Made by a program: the position numbers and the translations under genes. From Patescibacteria group bacterium (lineage in GTDB: Bacteria; Patescibacteriota; Patescibacteriia; Patescibacteriales; JBAZCA01): DNA of 63,866 nt. The stretch lies in assembly GCA_041661405.1 (NCBI GenBank), contig JBAZUL010000010.1:1-63866 (forward strand). The letters run 5' to 3'. Under the pieces are notes generated by a model. The model was not told the DNA's origin. It searched no databases and worked only from the letters and a program-made list of their open reading frames with translations. This document shows, piece by piece, positions 38,317-47,599 of this stretch (position 1 is the stretch's first letter; each line of letters opens with the position of its first letter).

Positions 38317-38478
38317 GGAGAATTTAACTCACAAATATACAAATCACCTCACAAACGCGCGCGTACTTCCGGATTTGTGAATAGATTTGTTGATTTGTGA
38401 AAATGTCAATTTTTTAAGCAACCAATACTTTACATCCATTCTAAACCCCCGAAATTAAGATGGCAAGCTGAAGCGCGC

Positions 38479-39000
38479 TTAATCCCGCATTTTAACTAAA
38501 AGCCAAAGCCCTTTCCCTTTTTCCCGCCTGAATCTTGTTAAGGCAAAACCGCCTTTTAATTTCCGACCCTTTAAGTTCACGGCCAGATGCCCTTTCTTTA
38601 AGGACGTTTCCATGGACGCGGGAAGCAAATTCGCGTAAGTCCCCTTGTCCCAGATTTCTACGGTTCCGGCGCCGTATTCTCCCTCAGGAATCACACCTTT
38701 AAAATTCAGGTATTCAACCGGATGGTCTTCAACTTTTACGGCCAGCCGTTTTACGCTCGGGTCAAGCGATGGCTCTTTTGGAACGGCCCAGGACGCGAGC
38801 GCGCCGCCGATCTCCAGCCGGAAATCATAATGCAGATGGGAAGCGTCATGTTTTTGGATGACAAAACGATTTTTTCCGGCCTCACTTTTTTTCGCAATCT
38901 CCTTTGGCTTTTCAACGGCTTTTTTGCCAACGACAACTTTCCCACCCTTTGGTTCCGGAGTTTTACTAAAATCTCTTTTTTTTAAATATTTTTCCAGCAT
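38479..39000 (-). CDS. Stand-alone LigD-type 3'-phosphoesterase domain protein
   Basis: [55 protein letters not shown]. Confidence 0.92.
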   Translation of the reverse strand: MLEKYLKKRDFSKTPEPKGGKVVVGKKAVEKPKEIAKKSEAGKNRFVIQKHDASHLHYDFRLEIGGALASWAVPKEPSLDPSVKRLAVKVEDHPVEYLNFKGVIPEGEYGAGTVEIWDKGTYANLLPASMETSLKKGHLAVNLKGRKLKGGFALTRFRREKGKGLWLLVKMRD

Positions 39001-39018
39001 TTCCTTTTAAGAATAAAG

Positions 39019-40116
39019 TTATTGGTTATGGGATTTAAGCATCCCGCAGGCCGCCCAAATCGCGCCGCCAAATTCCTTCCGGATGGTCACGGTGATGTTG
39101 TTTTTTTCAAGGATTTCTTTAAACGCCTGTACCCGTTCCCGGGAGCTCGGGGCGAGCTTCAGTTTTTTATCCAAAGTAATGGCCTTGTTGTAAATTATCA
39201 GGTTGACATAACAAAGCCTCCTGCTTTTTAAAAGTTCGGCTAGTTCGCGCGCCTGCTCAGGAAAATCATTGATTTTTTCCAGCATAATATATTCAACCAT
39301 CACCCGCCGGTTAGTTTTTTCAATATAATCGTCAACAGCGGAAAGGATCTTTTTAACCGGATATTTTTTATTGACCGGGCAAAGCTCGTCCCGCAGTTTG
39401 TCGTTCGGGGCGTGGAGCGACAAAGCCAGGTTCACCTGCAAATTTTCTTTGGCGAATTTCCGAATGCCCTCGGTTATGCCGATGGTAGAAATGGAAATCC
39501 GGCGCGCGCCTAAATTAAATCCGTCTTTGTCGTTGAATATTTTTACGGCCGCGAGAACATTATCATAATTAAGCATAGGCTCGCCCATGCCCATGAAGAC
39601 TATGTTGGTAATTTTATCGCTCTCATAATTTTCCGCCCCGCCGGCCTTTTCAGTAAGCGCCCGGCCATCTTTATCGCGCGTCCCGCAATCCATGTTTTTT
39701 AGCATCCGGGCGAAATATACTACCTGCTCCGCGATCTCATGAGCTAGAAGGTTCCTTTTAAACCCACCCTGTCCGGTCGCGCAAAAAAGACAGCCCAAAG
39801 GACAGCCGACCTGCGAGGAAACGCAAACAGTATTCCGGCCGTCAGCGTGCCTGATTAAGACGCTCTCGATTTTCCGTTCGTCGTCCGTATTAAAAAGCGC
39901 TTTAACAATATCCTCCCCGCCCTTTACCGCTTTGGCGGGAGAGAGGCTGTCCCAAGCGATTTCTTTAGCAAGCTTATGCCGCAAATCTTTCGGGAGTACC
40001 GTCACCTCGTCCCATGATCCGGCCAGTTCATTATAATAGGCGCGCCGAACCTGCTTTTCCCGGAAAGCCGGCAGTTTTATTTCCGCGATTGTTTTTTGCA
40101 GTTTATGAAAATCCAT
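39019..40116 (-). CDS. rlmN: 23S rRNA (A2503)/tRNA C2-methyltransferase (radical SAM)
   Basis: CVSSQVGCPLGCLFC, MGMGEP, AACG. Confidence 0.93.
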   Translation of the reverse strand: MDFHKLQKTIAEIKLPAFREKQVRRAYYNELAGSWDEVTVLPKDLRHKLAKEIAWDSLSPAKAVKGGEDIVKALFNTDDERKIESVLIRHADGRNTVCVSSQVGCPLGCLFCATGQGGFKRNLLAHEIAEQVVYFARMLKNMDCGTRDKDGRALTEKAGGAENYESDKITNIVFMGMGEPMLNYDNVLAAVKIFNDKDGFNLGARRISISTIGITEGIRKFAKENLQVNLALSLHAPNDKLRDELCPVNKKYPVKKILSAVDDYIEKTNRRVMVEYIMLEKINDFPEQARELAELLKSRRLCYVNLIIYNKAITLDKKLKLAPSSRERVQAFKEILEKNNITVTIRKEFGGAIWAACGMLKSHNQ

Positions 40117-40121
40117 AGCAG

Positions 40122-41234
40122 TTAATTATTTTTTATTTTTACATTACTATCTAAACGCCCGAATCCGGCAACCACCAAAAACATTATCATTGCAAGAACA
40201 GCCAATGCGACAATCTTCCCCCGGCTCTGCAAAAATAGCGCCGAGAGTCCGAAAGCGGCCGAGAGAAAATAATAAATTAAAACCGTTTTCCGCTGTCCAA
40301 AGCCGAGATCTAAAATCCGGTGGTGAAGGTGTTCCCGGTCGGAGAATTTAAAAGGATTTTTTCCGGCCCGCGTACGCCTGATAATCGCCCAGACCACATC
40401 CATAATCGGGATGCCCAGTATTAGCAAGGCGATGGCGATTTTACCGCCGGAAATTATGGCGAGCGTCCCGAGCGCGTAGCCTAAAAAAAGCGACCCGCCT
40501 TCGCCTAAAAATATTTTCGCCGGATGCCAGTTAAAGACGAGGAAGCCGAGGCAGGCGGCTGACAAAATCAGGGCGGCTAAGCCGACGTCCGGCTGATAAT
40601 ACTTTGTTGTCATGGTAAAAAGAAAAATTATAAAACTGCCGATGGCCGTTACGCCGGTAACGAGCCCGTCCAGGCCGTCCAAAATCTTAGTCGTATACAT
40701 CATGCCCATGAGCCAAAAAAATACGAACAAGTCGGAAACCAAAACAAAATAATGAGTTATGCCTTCGTAAGCAAAGACCGGAATTTTAAAGGCGTCAAGG
40801 AGGATTAGTCCGCCGAAGGGATTGGTAATTTTTTCTATTCCCACTCCGCCGGCAATAACCGCTAACGCGGCGAGCGCCGGAAAAATAATCTGCTTTCCCG
40901 GTTTGAGGTCATACTTATCGTCAAGAAATCCGCCGATCATTAATATAAGAGCGCCGGAAAAAAATCCCATGAAATGCCCGGGTTCAAGATTGCCGGAAAG
41001 CAGCCTGTCTTTCATAATCCAGAGCCCGGAAAAAAACGCGAAAAAAATCGCGATTCCGCCGAGCAGAGGAATGGAATTTTCATGAATTTTTCTTACTGAG
41101 ACCGGCCGGTCAACAATATTCAGGGCAACGGCAATCCGCCTTGCCAGCCAAGTAAAAATAACCGCTGTAAAAAAAATAGCCGCAAATACGACTAAACTAT
41201 GATAGCGCGCGAACAAATCCGCGGAAAATGACAT
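40122..41234 (-). CDS. Glycosyltransferase family 4 (WecA/TagO-like undecaprenyl-phosphate GlcNAc-1-P transferase)
   Basis: GFLDD, LDGLDGL, FNWHPAKIFLGEGG, DREHLHH. Confidence 0.9.
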   Translation of the reverse strand: MSFSADLFARYHSLVVFAAIFFTAVIFTWLARRIAVALNIVDRPVSVRKIHENSIPLLGGIAIFFAFFSGLWIMKDRLLSGNLEPGHFMGFFSGALILMIGGFLDDKYDLKPGKQIIFPALAALAVIAGGVGIEKITNPFGGLILLDAFKIPVFAYEGITHYFVLVSDLFVFFWLMGMMYTTKILDGLDGLVTGVTAIGSFIIFLFTMTTKYYQPDVGLAALILSAACLGFLVFNWHPAKIFLGEGGSLFLGYALGTLAIISGGKIAIALLILGIPIMDVVWAIIRRTRAGKNPFKFSDREHLHHRILDLGFGQRKTVLIYYFLSAAFGLSALFLQSRGKIVALAVLAMIMFLVVAGFGRLDSNVKIKNN

Positions 41235-41252
41235 AAAGTAATTATTTATATT

Positions 41253-44051
41253 TTACAGCTTCCTGCCTTTTACGACTTCCAGCCCAGCCTGATCGTTTAT
41301 TATAATCATATCCCGCCGTTTCAATTCCCCGGCCAAAATTTTATTGGCAATAATATTTTCAATTTTATCCTGCAAAAGGCGGCGGAGCGGCCGGGCGCCG
41401 AATTTCGGGTCAAAGCCTTCATGGGCAAGAATTCCAATTCCCGCTTCGCTGGCTTCAAGGCTAATGCCTTTTTCTAAAAGCCTCTTGCCGAGATTGTTAA
41501 CCATAAGCCGGGTTATGTCAATGACATCCTGCTCGCTTAACGGCTTAAATACGATGAGGCCGTCAAAGCGGTTTATCAGTTCCGGCCGCATAACTTTGTT
41601 CAGATGTTCATTGATCAAAGTTTCTTTAATCGCTTCATAATCCGCGGCGCCCCCGTCTTTTAAAGCGTCCTGAATAAACAAAGCTCCGGCGTTAGAGGTG
41701 GCGATAATTATGGAATTGGTAAAATCAACAGTCCGGCCGGCGCCGTCGGTAAGCCGACCGTCGTCCATGACCTGCAAAAATAAATTCAGGATATTTTTGT
41801 CGGCCTTTTCAAACTCATCAAGAAGAATGAGAGAAAAAGGCGCTTTATGAACCGCTTCGGTAAGGTAGCCGGGCGCGCCTTCCGCGCCGATCAGGTTTTT
41901 TATGCTGTCCGGATGCTGGTATTCGCTCATGTCCAGCCGGATCATGCATTTTTCGTCCCCAAAATAAACCCGGCTGATAGACTTTGCCAATTCGGTTTTT
42001 CCCACGCCGGTCGGCCCGAGAAAAAGGAAACTCGCGATCGGCCGCTTTCCTTCAGTCATCTGCGCCCGCGCCCGCCTGAGGCTCGCCGAAACCATATTAA
42101 CCGCTTCAACCTGATCAACCATGTATTTATGGATTTCTTCTTCCAGCCGCAAAAGTTTCCGGCTTTCGTCGCCCGAGGCTTCGGCGACCGGAATATGAGT
42201 CAGTTCGCTTACCACGCTGAAAATGTCCTGCTTGGTTACCCGCCGATCTTTTTCTTCCCTTTTTCCCGCCCGCCCGGCCGCCAGCTCAAGAACTTTTATG
42301 GCTTTGGCCGGGAGATAGCTGTCATGCATGTATTTTCCGGTAACCGCGATTGCCTGCTCCAGCGCCGCGTAGGAAAAAAATACCCCGTAACGGCCTTCAA
42401 GGTGGCCGATTTTACTGGAAATAATCCGAATCGCCCTGTCACCTTGCGGCTCGTTCACTTCCACCTTAACCATAGCGCTCCCGAGCGATTTTCCTTCTAA
42501 ATATTTCGCGTAATTCTCCGGGGTGGCGGTGGCGATGCAGATGACGAATTTCCGGTCAATCGCGTTCGCCAGCACTTCGGAAAGTTCAAGGCTTTGTTCT
42601 CCGCCGGCCGAGATGCCGGTGATATTTTCAATATCCCGCATGGCTAAAATTATGTTTCCTGACAGGTTGGCTTCGGTTATAAGCTCGTTTAACCGCTCTT
42701 CGGCCTGGGCGGCCGTCGCGCCAGCCACTAACCGCGAAGCGTCAATTTCTATGAGCCTTTTGTCGCGGAAAATTTTCGGCACGTTCTCTTCAGCCATCAA
42801 TTCGGCGATTCCCTGAATCATGGTTTTCTTCCCCGCGCCGGCGGGGCCGACCAAAATCACCCCTAGCTGGCCCGAATCAACGGCGCTGAAAATTTCAGCG
42901 GTTTCCTTTTCCCTTTCCACGCAATAATCCAGTTTTCCCCACTTCGCCGCTATAGTTAAATCATAGCCGAAATTATCTAAAAGCGGCGTGGCGACCGCCG
43001 TATAGGCGCGATTCATGTTAGTCGCGGGCTTAAAGCGGGACTGGCTCCGGAATCTCCGGTAGCGCCGGATCATTTCTTCGTTTACCTTTAGCCAGCTGAC
43101 GGCGTTTGCGATTTTTGTCCGATCAATTTCCATCTCATAAAAAAGGTCTTCAATATAACGGTCCCGGGTTATGATTGGCAGGATAAAATTCATCGGCTCC
43201 ACCGCGGTTTGCCCGATCTCCCGGGCGGAGAGATAAGCCGCGATCATGGCCTTTTTAAAATCATTATCCTCGCTGGCGCGAAAGCTGAAAACGGCCGGAT
43301 TTTTCTCCAGCTCCGAAAGCCGGCTTTCAATTTTCGCCCTTAAAACCGCTAAATTCGCGTCCAGCCGGATGAGCATGGCGAGCGTTTTTTCATCGTTTAA
43401 TAGGCTTAAGAATAAATGCCTGACCCCGACGGTTTCATGCCCGAGAGTCCGGGCGAGAAGATGGGCGTCTTCAATGATTTTTTCCGCCGGCAGGCTGAAA
43501 TATTTTGAAACTTCAATTTTAACCGAACTCTGTTCTTTAAACTTTTTTGTCAGTGAAAAAAGTTTTCTTTTTTCCTTTCCCGGGCCGCCCGGCAAAGGGT
43601 CATCCCGCTCAATTTTTCTTTCCCCGTATTTCCGGCTTTCCTCGCTTAAACGGTAAACGGCAAACATGTCAAAAAATACCGAAAGCCAAAACCAAAGCAA
43701 GAAGATATTTTTTTTCTGCCAGATAAAAAAATCGCGCGCCGAAGCGTGGCCGGAAGAATAATTTTGAAAAGCCCAGAATCCCAAAGCTAAAACGCCGCTA
43801 ACGCCGGCGAGGTAGGCGAAAATATTTAAAAAGACATAAACACTTCTTCTCAGGCGGATGATCCGGATAGTTAAGAGCGAGAGTTTTTTTCCCCAATAAA
43901 ATATCCGGCCGTCCGCGGCGGCTCCGAGGCCGGCGCCTTTGCAATGGCCGCAGGGCATGCCGAGCTTCATCTCGCCCGATCCGTTGCATTCAGGGCAGAC
44001 GGAAAAGACGGGTTCGCTTATTGTATTATTTTTTGCCATCTTAAAAATCAC
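41253..44051 (-). CDS. Membrane-anchored ClpA/B-like AAA+ ATPase with an N-terminal Zn finger
   Basis: CPECNGSG/CGHCKGAG, two TM helices, two Clp-N repeats, degenerate NBD1, intact NBD2 (GPTGVGKT, LLDEFEK, GARPLRR). Confidence 0.9.
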   Translation of the reverse strand: MIFKMAKNNTISEPVFSVCPECNGSGEMKLGMPCGHCKGAGLGAAADGRIFYWGKKLSLLTIRIIRLRRSVYVFLNIFAYLAGVSGVLALGFWAFQNYSSGHASARDFFIWQKKNIFLLWFWLSVFFDMFAVYRLSEESRKYGERKIERDDPLPGGPGKEKRKLFSLTKKFKEQSSVKIEVSKYFSLPAEKIIEDAHLLARTLGHETVGVRHLFLSLLNDEKTLAMLIRLDANLAVLRAKIESRLSELEKNPAVFSFRASEDNDFKKAMIAAYLSAREIGQTAVEPMNFILPIITRDRYIEDLFYEMEIDRTKIANAVSWLKVNEEMIRRYRRFRSQSRFKPATNMNRAYTAVATPLLDNFGYDLTIAAKWGKLDYCVEREKETAEIFSAVDSGQLGVILVGPAGAGKKTMIQGIAELMAEENVPKIFRDKRLIEIDASRLVAGATAAQAEERLNELITEANLSGNIILAMRDIENITGISAGGEQSLELSEVLANAIDRKFVICIATATPENYAKYLEGKSLGSAMVKVEVNEPQGDRAIRIISSKIGHLEGRYGVFFSYAALEQAIAVTGKYMHDSYLPAKAIKVLELAAGRAGKREEKDRRVTKQDIFSVVSELTHIPVAEASGDESRKLLRLEEEIHKYMVDQVEAVNMVSASLRRARAQMTEGKRPIASFLFLGPTGVGKTELAKSISRVYFGDEKCMIRLDMSEYQHPDSIKNLIGAEGAPGYLTEAVHKAPFSLILLDEFEKADKNILNLFLQVMDDGRLTDGAGRTVDFTNSIIIATSNAGALFIQDALKDGGAADYEAIKETLINEHLNKVMRPELINRFDGLIVFKPLSEQDVIDITRLMVNNLGKRLLEKGISLEASEAGIGILAHEGFDPKFGARPLRRLLQDKIENIIANKILAGELKRRDMIIINDQAGLEVVKGRKL

Positions 44052-44091
44052 TTATCAAACTCACTTGTTTAAAAACAATAATAAAACTAGC

Positions 44092-44682
44092 TCATACCTT
44101 AAAAAATAAATACAAAATATAAACAGCGCTTTCCCGCACGTAACATTTGGCGGCAGCGCGCCAATTATTATCTATCGGTCCATTTTTTACCGGCGAGTAA
44201 AAATATTCTAATCCAATATCTTTAGCCATTTTTCCAAGCCGCATTATATGAAAACCATCGCTTACGAGAATAACTGAATTTAAATTTTTCTCCTTTAATA
44301 TTTTTTCAGCTTCGTTCAGGCTTTGTAGTGTTGTTCTTCCTTTTTCCTCCATAAAAATACTGGCGCCGTCAATTCCTTTTTTAATCAGATAATTTTTTCC
44401 GGCTACGGCTTCGGAAGTTTCTTCGCCCTCTCCTACACCCCCGGTTAAAATTATTTTACCCGACAGACCTTCGCGGTAAAGATTAACGGCCTGATCCAGC
44501 CGGGCTCTGAAAACCGGACTGGGTTCGCCATTCCATTGGCTGGCGCCTAAAACAATAATAGCATCGGCTCTCTGCCGATTATCAATATTGGAAAAATAAT
44601 ATATTCTGGCAAGAATAAAAAACCAAACTGATAAAACTGCCAATAACGAAAATAAAAAGATTTTTTTTAATCTTTTTTCCAT
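44092..44682 (-). CDS. YdcF/SanA (DUF218) family protein
   Basis: ADAIIVLG, RARLDQA, IILTGG, SEA, LVSDGFHIMR; AT-richer than its neighbours. Confidence 0.9.
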   Translation of the reverse strand: MEKRLKKIFLFSLLAVLSVWFFILARIYYFSNIDNRQRADAIIVLGASQWNGEPSPVFRARLDQAVNLYREGLSGKIILTGGVGEGEETSEAVAGKNYLIKKGIDGASIFMEEKGRTTLQSLNEAEKILKEKNLNSVILVSDGFHIMRLGKMAKDIGLEYFYSPVKNGPIDNNWRAAAKCYVRESAVYILYLFFKV

Positions 44683-44695
44683 ATATAATTATCAC

Positions 44696-45073
44696 TCAAT
44701 TCAACTGATAAAAAACCTGCCCGATCGCGATTAGGGGCAGGCTAAGCCATAAAATGAAAAGCGCTAAAGCAATGGCAATCCATATTAATAGCGCGATAGA
44801 GCGGACGATAATCTGAAAAAAACGGACAAGAAAACTTATTAAATACCCGTCCCAGCCGCGCACTCCGTACATGGGCCGGAAAATATTTTTTATCCAAACC
44901 ATAAGCGCGAGCGATTTTTCCTCGCCCGCGATCATCTTCCCGAGCCGCGCTAAAACCATCATTGCCCCGCGCGTATACCACCAAACCGGAAAATAAAGGA
45001 TGTCAAAAACGAATCCCAGCCCCAGCCGGGTAAAATAGAAAAGAAAATTATTTTTCACGATGTCCGCGACCAT
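44696..45073 (-). CDS. Conserved small membrane protein (probable partner of the Clp ATPase)
   Basis: YFPVWWYTRG...WIKNIFRPMYG...ISFLVR with a C-terminal TM; start moved to MVAD. Confidence 0.7.
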   Translation of the reverse strand: MVADIVKNNFLFYFTRLGLGFVFDILYFPVWWYTRGAMMVLARLGKMIAGEEKSLALMVWIKNIFRPMYGVRGWDGYLISFLVRFFQIIVRSIALLIWIAIALALFILWLSLPLIAIGQVFYQLN

Positions 45074-45218
45074 AATCCTCAAACAAGCAAAAAAGATAAA
45101 CCCTCCCGGCTTCCAGAATGCTTGCATGTTCGGGAAGCCGGGTTTGATTCGTTTGTCAGACCGCGCAGAAGGCGGTCTCCTTGTATTTTATCATTATAAC
45201 GGTTCAGACGCAATTAAA

Positions 45219-45247
45219 TTGACACTAGGGTTAAATTATCCTAATAT
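45219..45247 (+). promoter_or_regulatory. Promoter of tRNA-Gln
   Basis: TTGACA-17-TAATAT. Confidence 0.6.
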
Positions 45248-45348
45248 TTAAATAGAAAAATCCCGAAGCCTCGGGATTGTTTTAGATAATTCCAGACCCG
45301 TCCGCCCAGTTGCGCAAGCAACTCGCCCGGCAAGATTACTGATATATT

Positions 45349-45422
45349 TCGGGGATCGTCCAACGGCAAGACAGCGGCCTTTGAAGCCGTTTATCCTGGT
45401 TCGAATCCAGGTCCCCGAGCCA
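45349..45422 (+). tRNA. tRNA-Gln(TTG)
   Basis: Acceptor TCGGGGA/TCCCCGA, anticodon arm GCGGC-CT-TTG-AA-GCCGT, T-loop GGTTCGAATCC, encoded CCA. Confidence 0.95.
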
Positions 45423-45503
45423 GTCAAAAAAATAACGCCTGTTTTAGCGTTATTTTTTATTTTATCGCTTTCCATTCAAACTAAAAAATGGTAAAATAGA
45501 TTC

Positions 45504-46239
45504 ATGAAAAAGCTAAAAAATGAAATCATTATTTATCAATCCTCAAAAGGTGCCATAGAACTCCGCGGGGATATTGATAAGCAAACAATCTGGGCGACTC
45601 AGGCGCAAATGGCCGATGTTTTTGGCGTGAATTCACAGGCAATTACTAAGCATCTAAAAAATATTTATAAAGAAGGCGAATTAGAAGAGCATCCAACTTG
45701 TTCCAAAATGGAACAAGTTCAAAAAGAGGGCGGACGAATAATTACTCGTTCGGTAAACTTCTATAATTTAGATGCCTTTATTTCCGTTGGCTACAGGATA
45801 AGCTCAAAAACAGGCACAAAATTTCGTAAATGGGCAACAAAGGTTTTGCGCGAGCATATTACCAAAGGCTATACTATCAACCCATCGCGGATTAAGAAAA
45901 ATTACGATGAATTCCTGTCGGCGGTGGAAAAAGTAAAATCTCTTTTACCGGCCGGAATGAAGCCGGATACTGAAAGCATCTTGGAATTGATAAAGGCTTT
46001 TGCCGATACCTGGCTTTCGCTTGACGCTTACGACAAAGGAATTTTTGAGAAAGGAAAAACCGCCAAAAAGAAAATTACTTTGACCGCGCATGACTTGACT
46101 GATGCTATTGCTGAATTGAAATCCGGCTCGCTTAACCCCGGCGGCGCTAACCGCGCTTACTCTTTTAATCGCGGAAAGCAACCCTAAGGAAAAAGATAAG
46201 ATGGTTGGGCTGGTGATTATGCTTTTAAGGAAAGGTTAG
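45504..46239 (+). pseudogene. RhuM-Fic fusion gene with the Fic domain deleted and a frameshift
   Basis: RhuM-like N-terminus (WATQAQMADVF, YNLDAFISVGYR, FRKWAT) to ...IAELK. A second frame gives NPARLTPAALTALTLLIAESNPKEKDKMVGLVIMLLRKG, stop at 46239. No HPFxDGNKR motif. Confidence 0.7.
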
Positions 46240-46336
46240 GATAAGCCGAAAATGATCATACTATCCTTATGAATTTTTGCCGGATCGGTTTTTAATATTT
46301 TGGATGCCGTAAAATATTTTATAATAACTTAAAAAT

Positions 46337-46687
46337 ATGAAGAAGAACATTATTATCGGCCTGGCATTGGTTTTTATTTTAAGCGGCTGCCAATTTAAAA
46401 ACACGGGCAACGTTCCGGACAAAGCGTCCAACGAAAGCGCGAACGCTGAAGTAAGCGGCGACAGCGTCTTGGAGAATGAAACGCCCGATGAAAACCAGGG
46501 CGCCAATGAAGATTTAAATTCAGAAAACAGCGCCGAAGGACAGTTTAAAGCTGACCCCGATGGCCGCGGCGAGATGCCCATGGTCGGAAACGACCGCGAC
46601 GAACATGGTTGCATACCTTCGGCCGGCTATAGCTGGTGCGAAGCCAAGAAAAAATGTTTACGAATTTGGGAAGAAAGGTGCGAATAG
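46337..46687 (+). CDS. Lipoprotein with a C-terminal Cys-rich DEHGC...GYSWC motif
   Basis: Lipobox LSGC; NDRDEHGCIPSAGYSWCEAKKKCLRIWEERC. Confidence 0.8.
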   Translation: MKKNIIIGLALVFILSGCQFKNTGNVPDKASNESANAEVSGDSVLENETPDENQGANEDLNSENSAEGQFKADPDGRGEMPMVGNDRDEHGCIPSAGYSWCEAKKKCLRIWEERCE

Positions 46688-46723
46688 TCTAATGGCGTAA
46701 TCAAAAAATCTCTAAAAAGAAAA

Positions 46724-46760
46724 GAGCCGGTCGCGCGAAGGGGGGTGCGGACCGGCTTTT
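46724..46760. terminator. Probable bidirectional terminator
   Basis: AGCCGGTCGC...GCGACCGGCT followed by a T run. Confidence 0.6.
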
Positions 46761-46818
46761 GTGTTTGGCGGGGTTTTTGAAAAGAGCGGGGGGTGGGGGT
46801 GGTGAGAGTGTGGAGTGC

Positions 46819-47289
46819 CTAGGCGGCTTCGGGAGGCGGAGATGAGAGCGCATCCTCGCACTCGTCGGGCATGAGCACCCGAGCAAGCGCGACAATTCCG
46901 GCGTTCGCTGGATCTTCCATAAATCCTTTCAGTTCATACCAGCGATCGCTGGAGATGCGGCTCGGACTCCGCAATAATACAGAAAGAGCCGCCTCTTGAG
47001 AAACGCTATCTCCGAAGAGTAAGCTATTAAAGAGAACCTGTTCGGCCTCTTTCTGTACTTCGGGCGAACACGGATCGCTGAAAGCTTGTCCGAGAACTTT
47101 CAGCACGCCACACCGATTCATTTTAGCCGGCTGTTTGGAACAGCCAGCTTCCAGTGCACACCCTTCGGTGTAGAGTGCACACTGCCCAATGTCGGACTTA
47201 TTGACATCGAGAGACCTAATGAAACTTTTTACTTCTTCCATGTTCAACTCTAACACCTTCTTTTCTCCTTTTTTCTTTGTAATCCACAA
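46819..47289 (-). CDS. Orphan hypothetical protein, Cys-rich N-terminal half (start possibly about 47241)
   Basis: 156-aa ORF with codon style unlike the host genes. Confidence 0.55.
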   Translation of the reverse strand: MWITKKKGEKKVLELNMEEVKSFIRSLDVNKSDIGQCALYTEGCALEAGCSKQPAKMNRCGVLKVLGQAFSDPCSPEVQKEAEQVLFNSLLFGDSVSQEAALSVLLRSPSRISSDRWYELKGFMEDPANAGIVALARVLMPDECEDALSSPPPEAA

Positions 47290-47368
47290 TTTTCGGTTGC
47301 CTGCACCTTAATATGAAATCCTGATTTTGTCAAAAACTGTACTTTTTTTAAACAACATTTTTTTTATT

Positions 47369-47396
47369 TTGAAATGTTTCTTTAATTTGCTATAAT
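47369..47396 (+). promoter_or_regulatory. Promoter of the zeta-like remnant
   Basis: TTGAAA-16-TATAAT with extended TG; GTG start 6 nt after the -10 box. Confidence 0.6.
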
Positions 47397-47402
47397 TAAA
47401 GT

Positions 47403-47570
47403 GTGACAAATATAAATATCTCAGAAGAAGCTATAAAATTCGTTAAAGCAAATAAAAAATCCATTTTAGACAGATTTGCTCCAAGCGAAATTTATAAACC
47501 ATCCGCGAATCCGGTTTCATTTTTTATGGCCGGCTCTCCGGGAGCCGGCAAAACGGAAATTTCAAAATAA
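47403..47570 (+). pseudogene. Truncated zeta-toxin-like P-loop kinase
   Basis: Hand-translated, below the ORF-track cut-off: VTNINISEEAIKFVKANKKSILDRFAPSEIYKPSANPVSFFMAGSPGAGKTEISK, stop just after Walker A. Confidence 0.65.
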
Positions 47571-47599
47571 TTTAACGAAATAAAATAAAGGTGAAATAT

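Noticed and set aside
45248-45475. 75-aa minus-strand ORF
   Set aside because: Antisense to tRNA-Gln.
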